Assembly: GCA_964016885.1 (NCBI GenBank)
Contig: OZ024740.1
Location: 260,710,001 to 260,774,000, forward strand
DNA: 64,000 bases
Origin: Eledone cirrhosa
Lineage: Eukaryota
Reading direction: 5' to 3'
Shown here: positions 48,216 through 64,000 of the stretch, piece by piece
Numbering within the stretch: the stretch's first letter is position 1
Layout of the letters: each line of letters begins with the position of its first letter
The notes under the pieces: model-generated
Told to the model about the DNA's origin: nothing
What the model saw: the letters and a program-made list of their open reading frames with translations, nothing else
Databases searched by the model: none
Position numbers and translations under genes: made by a program

Positions 48216-51200
48216 TGGGAGAACCAATCCCAATGAAATGCCTTTCTGTATTCATTCATGTTCTGGACACTCATTTCATATCCTACTATAGCAAACTTCA
48301 TTTAATTCACTGCCCAGTTTAACAACACCACCTGGCCTTGGATGTCTTTAGCGAAGTCTGTTTGGTTAAAAGTATTTGGGAATATTTTCTGGTTTGAGGA
48401 TAACATCTTTTCTTTTTACCATCTTAGAGACCTTGAAAAAGGTCATGATCACTGCCTTTCCCTTCCTGATTCCAGAATAAACAGTAAAAAAAGTGCACAA
48501 GGACTGTGTGTAGTACATCTGTGTACACATCTATGTATATTTGAGTAGAGAAAAACAACTCACATTACAAAGATGTAACCTAAGGACTCTTCAGCTTTGT
48601 CAAAGACATGACAATTTCCCTAGTGCTGGTGTCATCATAAACTGCACTTGGTAATGTGTGAGATCGTGAGTTGCAGGCTGCCAGCCCATCTAAGCACTCG
48701 GCAAGGTGCAAGAATATAAGCAAGATGAGGCATCTGGCTCCCACCTGCTGATGCATCAGTACCTCAGCTTTGGGTACCAACCCAGTCAACTGACAACCCA
48801 TCAAACCCATATTGGCAAGGCAGTGGATGTTAATCAATGATGATACACTACTGTAACATTCATCAAGCTGATGTTTATTTCAGTTTCATGTAAGAATACC
48901 CTCTCTTTCTCCACCATATTAGGCAAACATTAACTACCACATTGCTATGCTACGAAGTGAAGAAACTAACTGTCACGAGTGTATAAACTATATTATACAG
49001 ATTATATATATCATCATCTCATCATCATCATCTTCGTTTAACGTCCATTTTCCATGCTAGCATGGGTTAATATATATATATATACACAGGTGGTGTCTCC
49101 TAGCTTCTCCTCAAAGCTATATTATTTACTTATCACACACAAAACAGAATCAGACATCACAACACTGTCACAAGTGTTCTGAACTGAGACAACCCAACCA
49201 CTACAAATAATGGCCTATATTTTAAACAATAGACAAGTCAGTGTCAACCTATTTATAAATACATGAAATTTCAAAAAGACATCTAGAAATAAATATCTAG
49301 CGGGGAATTAACCAATATTAGTTAACACTTCTGATCCCAGCCCAGTCCAAACTGGCTATGGTGGTTCTTCTTTGCCCACTTATTCCTGAGAGGGTCGTGG
49401 GGTCAGAATCCTCAAACACTCCCTTCCCCAAGCGAGATCAGCCAATTACTCACTCGATATGCAAATTAGGCTGCTCAGCCGTTAATATGCATAAGGAAAG
49501 TATATACTTTCAGACATTCAACCATCTGACAGAAAGATATACGATGCTGACGATAGCTAATAAGCTTGAAACTAGTAGATCGTTCCTGTGTCAGTGTTGA
49601 ACAAAAAGGTGACGATGGTTGGCTGAACACTGTACGGCATAATTCGGGCTGTTTGTTTGTTTACAAACAAACCGAGCATTATAATAAATGTGTGCATGTA
49701 TGTATATATACATACACACATACATACATGCATTTAAATATAATATATATGGAATGGATCCATTTATATAAATATATATATATATATATATATACCATAC
49801 TTATAATTAAAATATAGATTGGCATTAAGAAAGGCATTTAGCCATAGAAATAGAAAAAAAAACAAAAGAAAACCCCCCAAAACTCAGAAGGTCATGCCCA
49901 ATCAATGCAGGCATGGACAAATGGACTTTAAAACAAGGTTGATGAAACAATAATATAATAATCAAGCTAAGTGTTTTAACTAGTTTATTCTTAGCACATT
50001 TAACTATCATATTATTACTAAAGTATTTAATATGTTATTAACGTATTAAGATTATTAATGTTATTAAAGTATTAACCTTATTAATGAAGAAGCTCCATTG
50101 TTATTGATCTATTGATCCTATTTCTTCTTCATCATTTTTCCAGGTTGGTATTTTTTATGAATTATATAATAGTGTCCAAGGATACACCAATTTATAAATA
50201 GAAGCATTATCATTTTTATGTCTGCCTTTTTAAGTTGACAAGAATTGGATGAGACTTTTTGAGGCAATATTTTATGTCCAGATGCCATCCTGACCCCAAG
50301 GTCAGGTAAGGTACTGATTTTCCCATGATTTGTTTCATTTGCAAGTCAGCTGATGGACTGACTAGACATGGTAGAATGCGTGAAGACACACCTCAGCAGG
50401 TACAGCCAGGAGACAGATAGTTCAAGTGTCACATCTGTAAACATGCCTGCAAAACAAAAGTGGGTCTGAAAAGTCACCTGCATGCACATGATTGTGCAAT
50501 GTTCAATGAAGGGAGGGTACTCTTCTGACAAGAAGTAGCAATCAGCATTTTAAGTCCGGATGCCATCTGGACCCCAATCCTTTGTTTTGAAAATAGGGTA
50601 CTGATTTTTCCATGATTTGCTGATCTACAAGACATTTATGTGTAACTAAACAAGCATCACTGACTGCTCAAGTATGAGTGCAAAACAAATACATGTGGAG
50701 ATAAACATACATATGAATATGACAGGCTTCTGTAGGGTTTCTGTTTACCACATTAACTCACAAGGACAACGGCAGTTATAGTAAAAGACCTTTGCCCATC
50801 GCCAGGGCCCGATTTATCAGGTGGCAGTGGGCATGAATGCCCTGGACCAAACAGGGCCCCCAACTTCAAACAGAACTTCTGCTCTCTATTCAGTCTCTGC
50901 TGTTTTTCTTTTACCCTGTCTCTCTTCTAGCTTGTGTGTTGTTATATAAGGAGCCCACCAAAACGACTCCCCCTCCCTCGGTCTAAGCCTGGTCCTGCTT
51001 GAAACTACCCCTGGTTCTACAATACAAAGCAGTTTATTTTAAAATGTATACATTTACCTAAATACCTTCCATTACAATTTTATGTTGTGCTCCAAACACC
51101 AGCTTAATAACAAAAAAGATAATCATATTTAAATCCCCCCAAATTCCCAATTATTTTCAAAATTATTTGAATATCATAGGCAGTGTTTTTCATTAAAAAT

Positions 51201-51599
51201 ATGATAATGAACAGGTTACATTAGATGATGAATTAAGTCTGCCATGTAAAAGTAAATTATTTTCAGAATAATCTGGAAGGAAGGGACAAACAAAAGGCAA
51301 TGATTGTTTCTACTTTTGGCACAAGGCCAGCAATTACCCAGTGTATTACTGGTACTTTATTTTATCGACCTCGTAGGCAATGATAACAGCAATATATATT
51401 TGACTCAACATGTTTGTTAAGTCTGACACTTGAGAATAATCAATAGATTGTTAGTCACAATTATGATAAATCGTTTAGAGGAACTTAGTGCTATGTTAAA
51501 TGGTGGTGAGACATGGGAATAGGATATGGAGGATGTGTGAAAGCTACAAAGAAATATAAAAAATAAAATAAACTTTTTCCAGTCTTAGGAAAACTCCAT

Positions 51600-51880
51600 A
51601 GTAGTTGATAGTTTGTTTCCTAATGGGCTTAATTAGCAGTAGAGAAGGTTCCTCTGAAAGCATAGTAGCCAGAATAAAAATAGGATGGGAAAGTACAGGG
51701 AAATACTACCTCTGATGGCAACAAAGGGATTTTTTATCCGAGTGAAAACTAAATCGTATAATACTTTTGTGAGAAGTTGGTATGTGCATGAAAGACATAG
51801 TACATGTGAATTGAGTGAAAAACTGGGTATAAGAGAAAAAAGATGTGATGTACAGGAGAGAAGACTGTGTGGTCATGTTT
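51600..51880 (+). mobile_element. Short RTE RT C-terminal fragment
   Basis: ESIVARIKIG..KYREILPLMATKGF...EKLGIR...ERRLCGHV. Confidence 0.75.
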
Positions 51881-54454
51881 AATTTCCAGTTGGAGTAGGT
51901 GGTGCATTGTGTCCTTGAACAATACACTTTATTTCATGTTGCTTCAGTTCACTTAGTTGAAAAAAAAAATACACTGCAGCAACACTAGAGTAAAGCTGTA
52001 TCAGCCTTTGTCTTTCTTTTGGATAACAGTGATGGTATGGAGGGGAGAGAGACAAATATGGATAGCAGTAGGTCTTCCACACAAACACTTTACCCAGGCT
52101 TGAACTTTGGAGATGAATTTTCCAGTGCAACTCTATTGATAGTCCTGACCAAATGAAGATGTTATATTCTTGGATTCTTTTATTGCTTTCAGTCACTAGA
52201 CACACACATACATACAGTTTCTGTCCACCAAATTCCACACACAAGGCATTGATCAACTTAAGATTAGTTGTAGACACTTGCTCAAGATACTGTACAGTGA
52301 GACTGGACCCCGAACCATGTGTCTGTAGAGCAAACTCCTTCCTTAATCATAATTACTCTGATACTACAAAGAACACCACTAATAGGTATTAATGATTAAA
52401 CCTTTAGATACCAACCTAGCCAAAACCACCTCTGGTTTAAAGGTTTCCAATTTAAATTAAAATCTTCTAACATAATTTTATATAAGAACCTTACATTAAG
52501 TTATTATCCCAGTAATGGAATAATTATTAAACTTAGTAAATCCCTCAAAATTCTTCATTAACCAATTAAAATAGAATGTATTTCATTAAAAATGCAGTCA
52601 TGAAAGGATTGATATAGACAATAATGATGGTGGTGGTGGAGGAGGTTTGGAATAGTTTATTTCACACAGTTAATAGTAAGGCTTCAAGCTGGAATATAAA
52701 AATGAAAAAAATAGCGACATGATAGAGAGAAGGAGGTACAAGCCACTGAGATGTGAGAATATACAATGTACTTTATTGATTGGTTGGTGTTATAATAGGA
52801 GGTCAGTAGATAGATTGTACATAGCTAGATATATCTCACACAACAGTGGTGGACTGGCCAGGTTGCCCAATGGCAAGTGGACCCCAAGGGACCCACTGTA
52901 GTATTTTGGGAGCCAATGATTTGCTTTAAAAAATATCTTTTAAAAAATGTTTCAGAGAAAGAATAAACATTTAAAAAAATAAATAAACAAATAAGCTAAT
53001 AAGCATTTGGTCAAACAATTCCCTAGGGAATCAATAGAAACCAAAATATATGATAGGGCTAACAGTTAGAATCACTGGCTTACTGCATACTTGGACACAC
53101 ACACACACATATACATATCTATATATATACACACACACACATACATACATACATACACACGCATATATACATATATACACACACACACACACACATATAT
53201 ACATACACACACACACATATATACATACACACACACACACACACATATATACATACACACACACACACATATATATATACTTACACAGGAGCTGCTGGAC
53301 AAATAAATGTTGATATCAATGGGTTAAAGACATATAAACTCAATTAGTGGTCAGTTCTTCAGTCTAAAGTCCCTAGGGAGAATGAGTCGCCAAATAATGT
53401 TTTTACAAGTTGAAAACATGTATGTATACATATATATAAATCTATATATGTCGGGTCACTCTTGAGTGCTACTGGTAACATGTAACCCAGTACAACCTGT
53501 CGCATGGTTGGGTCGTCGGCGACTAAACCGGCAACCCCACCAAGTTTACTTAGTAAAGAGTGTGATTTTGGACACCCTGCAGGACAAAAAACAAAACCTG
53601 ACAAAGGGCGGAAGAACTCATAAGAGTCAACGGCCATCCGAAATTGTGTTAATATGTATATAGACATGTACCGCCCAGTTAAACCACTGGGAGTGAAGGA
53701 CTCCTTGCCTTATTCAGGGCATTCTTCTAGGAGAAGGCAACTCAGGAAACTGGGATAATTCTGATATAAAACCTGCGGCTCAGTAGTTAGCGATGATGTT
53801 GATCTTTTCTTCTTTTTGGGTTATAGCTACTGTCACTCAGAGAGTGGGATTGGCTCAGTGCACGGTCTTTCCTCACTTTAAAAAATATCCTCACGCACAG
53901 GCATTGCACGATAGAATTAATTGATAATTATTAATAATGGTATATCGTGCAATGGCCATACTCGATAACGAGGGGGCAGCCATCAAATCTATATATGTAC
54001 ATGTACACACATACACACACTCCCAGATATATATATCGAGTGAGTGTGAAAGACCAAAGGTCATTATTGAAAGTCTCTGGATGTGTATATTTCGCAAGGT
54101 ACTTTATATTGGAGAAGGTAACAACGATCACTTGCATACTCTATACAGTATACTATACATTCACAATTATCTAAAAATGTAATCATAACATTCTGTACTA
54201 ATATTTAGTATTACTGTATCCTGCCAGTAATATGTACACTATATATACACTATAATTAGTAAAAAAAATACATATTTCCCCCTTCAAAAATTGGATTGCA
54301 CTCTTTTGTTTTCACTTATGTATTTTTTAAAAATGTTATTTATTCATTATAAAAAGTAAATGATAGAATTCTATAAATGGGTATCTCCTGGCAACCAATA
54401 TTTTTAGACTCGATCTATATATAAATATATATACACATGCACACATACATATAT

Positions 54455-54498
<44 letters not shown>

Positions 54499-54742
54499 AT
54501 ATCATCATCATCATCACCATTTTACGTCCGTTCTTCCACGCTAGCACGAGTTAGATGGGTTGTCATGTTGTGGGCTGTGTCCAGTCGGCTGACCTTTTCT
54601 TGCTCATACGGGAACTCATTCTGACTTATATATACACATATTTATATATATATAATAACTAGAGGTTGATTAACATATAAATATACATGAATAATCATAT
54701 AAATATACATGAATAATATACTTATCGTAATTTTGGATTTAG

Positions 54743-54773
<31 letters not shown>

Positions 54774-54849
54774 TACACATGTACATGGGTATGCGTATAC
54801 AGCTTAAAAAAACATACTTGACGAATACCTACATATCTATACATACACA

Positions 54850-56229
54850 CACGCAAATGTACACAGGACGCATAAAATATTATATCAAAAAACCTTCATG
54901 AGACGTGCAACCCAATTCATAAATGAGACCGTATATGCTCGAAAGTCCATGCATAATATGCATAAATGTAAGAATTACGTAATATCCACATACTAATGAC
55001 AAATAACATGGGAGTTCATGTATGAATGCATGTACGTACAGAAAATATGTGAAAAAGATGCAAAGAAGGTTAGTGGGATATGCATAAAGTTACATAAAAT
55101 ACATAAAGACTGTGTTGCATAGAGTTACATAAGATACATAAAGACTGGGATCCAAGGGACTGGGCAAGAACCTGCACATGAGACAGATTTCATGACAGGT
55201 GGACACAGGAAACCGTCTAGATATACACAAACAGCGTATATATATTGGGAATGTGTAGAATATCCTTTTCATAACAGTATATATGAAATGTACATGGAAT
55301 GGATGCATAAAGGGAATATACCAGCGGCTTGTGGTGTTGGCATGTTGGCAACGGCAACCAAAGTTAGAATTAACTTCAACATTAACCTTAAATCCAACAT
55401 CAAGTTCAACATTAAAATTACAAATTAAAAATTAAAAATTTAAAACTTTAAAATTCAAAACCACAGATAAGGTTGAAAACAAAATCCAACTTAGATTGAA
55501 TCGCTGTGCCCATGTTGGCGAGACAGTGGTATCCAAGGTACGTAACAAAGTTTGTATCGTTGGATCTGCCATTGATTTCCACATGTTTCGTCGGGCATTC
55601 ATTGGTATGATGTCACATGTTGTGGTCCGCTGCCAGCGACCCAACTGGCATCATCGTATCGGAAGGGCCTTAGACCAATCCGGTATCACTAAAGCGGAGA
55701 GTGTGCATTTACGTTGGTGTCTGCAGGCCATGATGATTTCAGATTTCAGGTTGACTGCGTTGCCCTTTAGTTTTACTATCTCCATGGCCTCGCACTGGCA
55801 CAACCTGCACCTCGCCTCGCCAGCCGAATACGCATTTGCGCGCTGGACGATACTCCAGCTGAGATCAAACACCGTGCCACTGTCTTTGAGGCCCCATATT
55901 AGGTCTGCCAGTCTGGTGGAGTGCCTCTTGTTCCGGTCCTTGAATGAGTTCCTGTCGTTGTACATCCTTGATTTAAAAGTCGTGGATGTTGCCCCGATGT
56001 AGGTGTGCCTATCATTTTGCGTGGTAACCACACATCTGTATACAACGCTCTTTGTCAGGCACATTCCCTGCAGAGGGCACTGTTCACCGACATGGCAGTT
56101 ACAGATCTGTGCTTCATTTTGGTCAGTCCCTTTATGTGGGCCTGACATCTTAGTGGGGTTCCCCCCAGTCCTCGTGTGGTGTTCTGGCAGAGTGGTGGAC
56201 TCAGTGTTCACCACCCACGGGTCTCGGTT
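54850..56229 (-). mobile_element. 5'-truncated Penelope-like element with an intact GIY-YIG endonuclease domain and 3' region
   Basis: ORF 55651..56244: CNC....CPLQGMCL..SVVYRCVV...TYIGAT..FKSR..N...SF...STRLADLIW...CRLC..E...N..SE....CRH. The left boundary is approximate. Confidence 0.9.
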
Positions 56230-56315
56230 GTATTCTGTGGGCATTTGCTGCTACTTATTGCACCTGAGCACCGGCCACATATAAAATCTATATTCTTAGT
56301 TAGCTTACCTGTGAT

Positions 56316-56860
56316 TGGGTGCATAAAAGATGTAGTGGGATCACAGGTAAGCTAACTAAGAATATAGATTTTATATGTAGCCGGTGCTCAGGTGCAATAA
56401 GTAGCAGCAAATGCCCACAGAATACTAGCTCATTCCATTGCCCAGATGGTTCTATAGAAATAGTGGACACCTTCCGTTACCTGGGTGACAAAATCAGCAG
56501 TGGTGGAGGGTGCTCTGAAAGTACAGTAGCTAGAGTCAGAACTGGATGGAAAAAGTTCAGAGAGCTTATACCACTATTGGCCGCTAAAGGTTTCTCTCTA
56601 AAAATGAAAGGCAGGTTGTATGATGCCTGCATACAAACAGCAATGTTACATGGCAGTGTCACATGGGTATTGTGTGCGGAGGATATATGCAGACTGGAGA
56701 AGAATGAAGCTTGCATGCTCCGTTGGATGTGTAATAGTAATATACGTGAACGGCAAAGCATAAATGAACTAAGTGAGAAATTAGGAATAAGAGGAATCAG
56801 ATGTTGTTTACAGAGAAGACTACGTTGGTATGGTCACGTGATGCGCATGAAAGACGACAG
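56316..56860 (+). mobile_element. Inverted segment of the adjacent RTE LINE (RT thumb region)
   Basis: ORF 56319..56864 WVHKRCSGITGKL...FRYLG...RRLRWYGHV continues the minus-strand RTE but in the opposite orientation. Confidence 0.92.
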
Positions 56861-59400
56861 TTAGCTTACCTGTGATCCCACTACATCTTTTATGCACCCA
56901 TACTTTGCATTTGGGACCTAAATGGAGTTTGTGCCTACTCCTTTCCTACACACTGAGCATGGCCATTTCCCAGATGAGACCAGTGCCCTATTTTCCTTCC
57001 TATATATTAGAACTTTAGTCTTAGACAAGTTAATTTTAAGGCCTTTTGATTCTAGGCCATGCTTCCATGTTTAGAATTTCTTCTCTAGTTCAGCCATTGA
57101 TTCAGCTATAAGCGTTAGATCATCTGCGCATAGAAGTTCCCATGGGCAGCCGGTCTTGAACTCCTCTGTTATAGCCTGGAAGGCGATAATAAATAGGAGG
57201 GGGCTAAGGACGGAGCCCTGATGAACACCAACTTTTACGCCAAACTCTTCACTATATTCGTTGTTAATTCTAACCTTGCTGACTGTTTCTTTATACATGG
57301 CTTGTATAGCTCTCACAAGCCATTTGTCAACACCTAGTTTTCTGAGAGCCCACTCTGTCAAAGGCTTTCTCCAAGTCAACAAAAGCTAAGTATAGGGGTT
57401 TACTTTTAGCTAGGTACTTCTCCTGTAGTTGTCGTACAATGAAAAGAGCGTCTGTGGTACTTTTACCTGACACAAACCCGAACTGCATTTCATCTAGATC
57501 AATTCACTCTCTGATTAGTTGTACTATTACTTTTTCTGTGACCTTTATGACCTGGTAATTAATTTAATGCCCTCTATAGTTTCCCCTGTCTAGGGCATCT
57601 CCTTTACCCTGTAGCTGTTAATGATGATGCTGCTACGCCAGTCCTTTGGTACGACCCCATTCTGTATGACTTGGTTTACTATCCGGGTGACCATAGTGTG
57701 TCCCACCGTTCCAGATGCTTTCAGCATTTCAGCAACTATTTCCGAAGGCCCAACTGCCTTGCCCGTCTTCATATCTTTGATTGCCTTACTTATTATACTA
57801 CCTTCAACTTGCACTGCTGGTCCCTCTATTGGATCGATGTGGGGGAGACTGTCTTTCTCCCATTTATTCTCCTCATTTAGTAGTCTTTCGTAGTGACACT
57901 TCCAAGCTACCTTCTTATCAGCATCAGTGATGGCAAGTACACCATCATCATTAAGGACACACTTCTCCCCGACAATATCACGGTTTTCCTTGACACATTG
58001 CCTAGCAATCCTGAACACCTCACATTTTTGGTCCTCGTGTTGTAGAACATGCTTGAACTTTCTTTCCTCTGCTTCCCTTCTTGCTAAGTACACTTATCTC
58101 CTAGCTTCTCTCCTGGCCACTTGATAGTCTTCTCTACTACCCCCATCCCCCATACTTTCCAAGCCTGCTTGTTGGCCTTGATTGACTCCTCCACCTTACT
58201 GTTCCACCACCAAGTTACTCTCCTCCTGCCTATAGGTCTGCTCCAGCCACAGATTTCATCTGTCGCCTTCAGCAGGTTAGCTTTCAGGAATTCCCACTGT
58301 TCCTCTATATTGTACGACTGTAATTGCTCTTCCTTACTGTCAAAAGCATCAAGTAATATGCTTTTAAATTTATTACTGGCTGTGCGGTCCTTTAACTTCC
58401 ATATTTTTCTTCTGAGGATAGTCCTCCTCTGTTGTCGATTACGTCTCGTCCTGACTATGAGGTCGCTAACTATGAGGTTATGTTGGGAGGTGCATTCTTC
58501 ATGGGGGAGGGATTTAGTGTTTACAATAGACACACAGTCACGTCTTCTGGTAAGCATATAATCTATCTGACTGGCATGTTCTCCTGATCTATAGGTGATC
58601 AAGTGATTGTCTCATTTTTTAAAGTTTGTGTTACAGATAGTTAGGTTATTTACGTCACAGAATTCCAGGATTCTGGAGCCTTTCTCATGTCTAGTACCAA
58701 ACCCATAGCCCCCATGGATTCCATCATAGCCGTCACATTGTTGTCCAACATGACCATTTAGGTCGCCAGCAATAATTATGTAGTCACTGTCAGTTATTTG
58801 GGAGGTAGTGAGCATTAACGACTCATAGAATCTGTCTTTTATAACGCCAGGCAGTTCGGATTGGGGTGCATACGTGGATATTATTGTCACAGTAGTTCTG
58901 TTGAGGACAAGTCTTATTTTAATTATTCTGTCGTTCACTCTATTTACGTCTATTATCTTATCTACCCATTTTTCTGCTAGCATGATTCCTACCCCACCCA
59001 GCTCATTGTCATTTCCCACCCAGAAAAGCTTATAGCATCGTTTTTACCCACCCCTCCACCTGGTCTCTTGAATACAGCAAACACCAACCTCCTTACGTTC
59101 AAGCATCTCTACAACCTCGTTAGAGCGACCCTTTAAGGTGCCTACATTCATGGTACTAACTGAAGATTTGGATTGCGTTTGGTGTGTGGGAAGGATGGGG
59201 CGCAGGGAAGGGTGAGGGAGATAGGGTTATGTTAGCCATCCACGGCCGAAATAAATAGGAGGAGTCCTTGCATTCTCGTCTGGCAACATGAGTTGAATTT
59301 GTCTTTATCTTTGGGATTGTCATTGAGTGTCCAGATTTTTCAGACTCTCCACGATTCCGTAGTCCATCCATCATATCGAAATGCAACCAGGTCTAAACTT
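56859..59400 (-). mobile_element. Near full-length 5' part of an RTE-clade LINE (AP endonuclease plus RT), frameshifted
   Basis: TMNVGTL, GVGIML, TYAPQ, AGDLNGHVG, SQIDYML, WWWN, GKAVGP, VGVHQGSVLSPLLF and LCADDL. Confidence 0.95.
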
Positions 59401-59895
59401 AAGAAGTGATAACATAGGCCGCTGAATTATGATTAGTCCAATTATGATTGGGGGCGGGGAGGGATCTGCGTTAGTTAGCGAGAAGGTTATAAAATAAAAT
59501 CCTCGAATTTTGGCCATAATTGAACGAGCATATAACAGTAATAAGAGAAGAATTATGGGCTTTTAAAATACAAGATTATTTTGAACAATCAGACAGAATT
59601 ATCGAATATCATTGAAAAAGAAAAGATTGGATTCTGGACGATATGATACAGATAGATGAATGGACCGGGGAACACGGAGAGACGAGAAAGAAATAGGATT
59701 TGTACATTACATTACACAGAAGAGCGAGCGAGCGATGTAGCCAAGAATAAGGGGTCGACAAATTCTGAGTTTCGTACCTCGCAACAGGTTTATTTTATAT
59801 TTGGAGAGATATACACATAAAAATATATGTATATATATATATACACACACACATATATATATATATGTATATATATATAAGTATATATATATATA

Positions 59896-61188
59896 CAGAG
59901 TGCAGACGATATTTGTTCGCAAGATTACTGTCTAGGAAAAGATAACACAGTAGTTTTATTTTTTAAGATATATATATCAAACTTGGGTCAGTTTGTCTTC
60001 ATGACTTGTTATTTCGATCTCACTCGATACACCCGCCATTGGCTTTGAAGGTGGCCTCGGAACCGGCTACAGGCCTTCGTCACTGTCCCCCAACTTAGGC
60101 CCCTAAAGGCACTCGTGATCCTGGCCTTCAGATCGTCTTTCGTATTGCAACTAGATCTGTTGGTGTCTCGTTCCACTGCGCCCCACACAAAGAAGTTGAG
60201 GGGTTGCAGTCAGGCGAGCTTGGAGGACAGATGTCAGGTGAAGTGTGGTCGACGAAGTTCTCTGACAGCCAGGCTTGGGGCTTTCGGCTGGTATGGCAGG
60301 GCGCTGAGTCTTGCTGCCACACGTACGGCCTACCTGCAGCTACCTGGTCGATCCAGGGCTTTACTACCTCGCCTAGAACGCAGATGTAGCCATCGGTGTT
60401 CAGCTTGAGGCCCTCAGGGAAGAAGTGAGGTGGTATGACGTCACCTTGACTGATGATGACAACTAAGACCAATGTTATCGCTGGAAACTTTGTCTGCATG
60501 ACTCTGGGCACATCTTTGGATGAGACAGCGAGCCACCTGTTGTTCTGGGAGTTGATCTTCTGGTCTTGGCAGAAATTTTTCTCATCGGAGAAAAATCACA
60601 GCATGTCTGGCTCCAGTGGGTGTTTCAACATTTTGATCAGCTTCTTTGAGTGCTTCAGTCGATTTTCTTGCATTGCCTTTGACAGAAATTGTCCTTTCCT
60701 CATCTTGTATGAAACGTAGCGAATGTCTTCATGTACCACCAGCCTAATGAGCTTTCCATCCACGCCTTTCTCCCTTGCAATGGCATGCCTCGATGTGCTA
60801 GGTTCATTGTTAATATCCTGAACTTCAGCAACGAACTCGGGCGTTCTGAAGGCGTCAGATCGTCGATCATGTGTTTTCCTCTCTGTTTTTGCTTCGTAGT
60901 TGAATCCTGAATCTTCCAATTCCTTTCTGACCTTTTCCACCATTCTCCTGCATACACAGAGAAAGTCTGAAATTTCCTTATTTGTCCTCCCCGTGCGAAT
61001 TCCAAGAAGAACTCCGTGTCTCTTCCACAAATTTTGAGGTTCAAAATTATTCGTAATCAAATATTCTGAAAATAAATAATGGAAATATAGTCACTGTTTT
61101 TATGAAGACAAGAGTGACAACGGAAGTAAAATTTTTTTTACATAAAATTATCAGTTGAAAATTGCGAACAAATATCGTCCACACTCTG
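59896..61188 (-). mobile_element. Complete Tc1/mariner-superfamily transposon of DD37D (maT/Bmmar1-like) type, inactivated, with 27-bp TIRs and TA TSD
   Basis: TIRs cagagtgcagacgatatttgttcgcaa / ttgcgaacaaatatcgtccacactctg, flanked by TA. FFSDEKNF and WQQDSAPCH...PPSSPDCNP, with 37 residues to the third catalytic position (frameshifted, D changed to N). Confidence 0.93.

Positions 61189-64000
<2,812 letters not shown>

Noticed and set aside
47801-48301. Mucin-like Thr-rich ORF, or first coding exon of the RING gene
   Set aside because: Openness is explained by the trinucleotide-based repeat, the candidate donor (TG|gttctc) is weak, and it would not supply the C-x-x-C pair.
50803-50997. hAT-type MITE (CAGGGCC...GGTCCTG)
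   Set aside because: Only a short imperfect TIR and no 8-bp target site duplication.
54381-54395. RFX X-box-like motif gtatctcctggcaac
   Set aside because: Only one good half-site and no independent evidence of a promoter.

Overview
AT-rich eukaryotic genomic DNA with very long (TA/CATA)n microsatellites and a SINE/LINE content that suggests a coleoid cephalopod such as Octopus (inferred from repeat style, not confirmed by search). Parts of two spliced host genes are supported. The first (+ strand; exons 2647-3624, 5364-5473, 6355-6448, 9280-9339) encodes a long acidic Glu/Pro-rich region ending in an AMPK-beta-type CBM48 glycogen-binding domain. The second (- strand; terminal exon 44553-45675) encodes a C3HC4 RING, a TRAF-type Zn finger and a coiled coil. 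The rest is mostly decayed mobile DNA: RTE, CR1 and CRE-like LINEs, three Penelope-like elements, mariner and DD37D transposons, a hAT interrupted by a non-autonomous tRNA-Trp-primed LTR element, Helitron pieces, piggyBac-type MITEs and tRNA-SINEs. Three signals stand out. (a) Short elements carrying hammerhead-ribozyme-like cores recur throughout, often at the centre of fold-back palindromes. (b) Two mutually complementary minisatellites flank the large phase-0/0 exon, and one repeats a splice-donor/let-7-seed octamer about 80 times. (c) An RTE LINE carries an inverted insertion of its own sequence next to a Penelope junction. All coordinates were read by eye and repeat boundaries are approximate.
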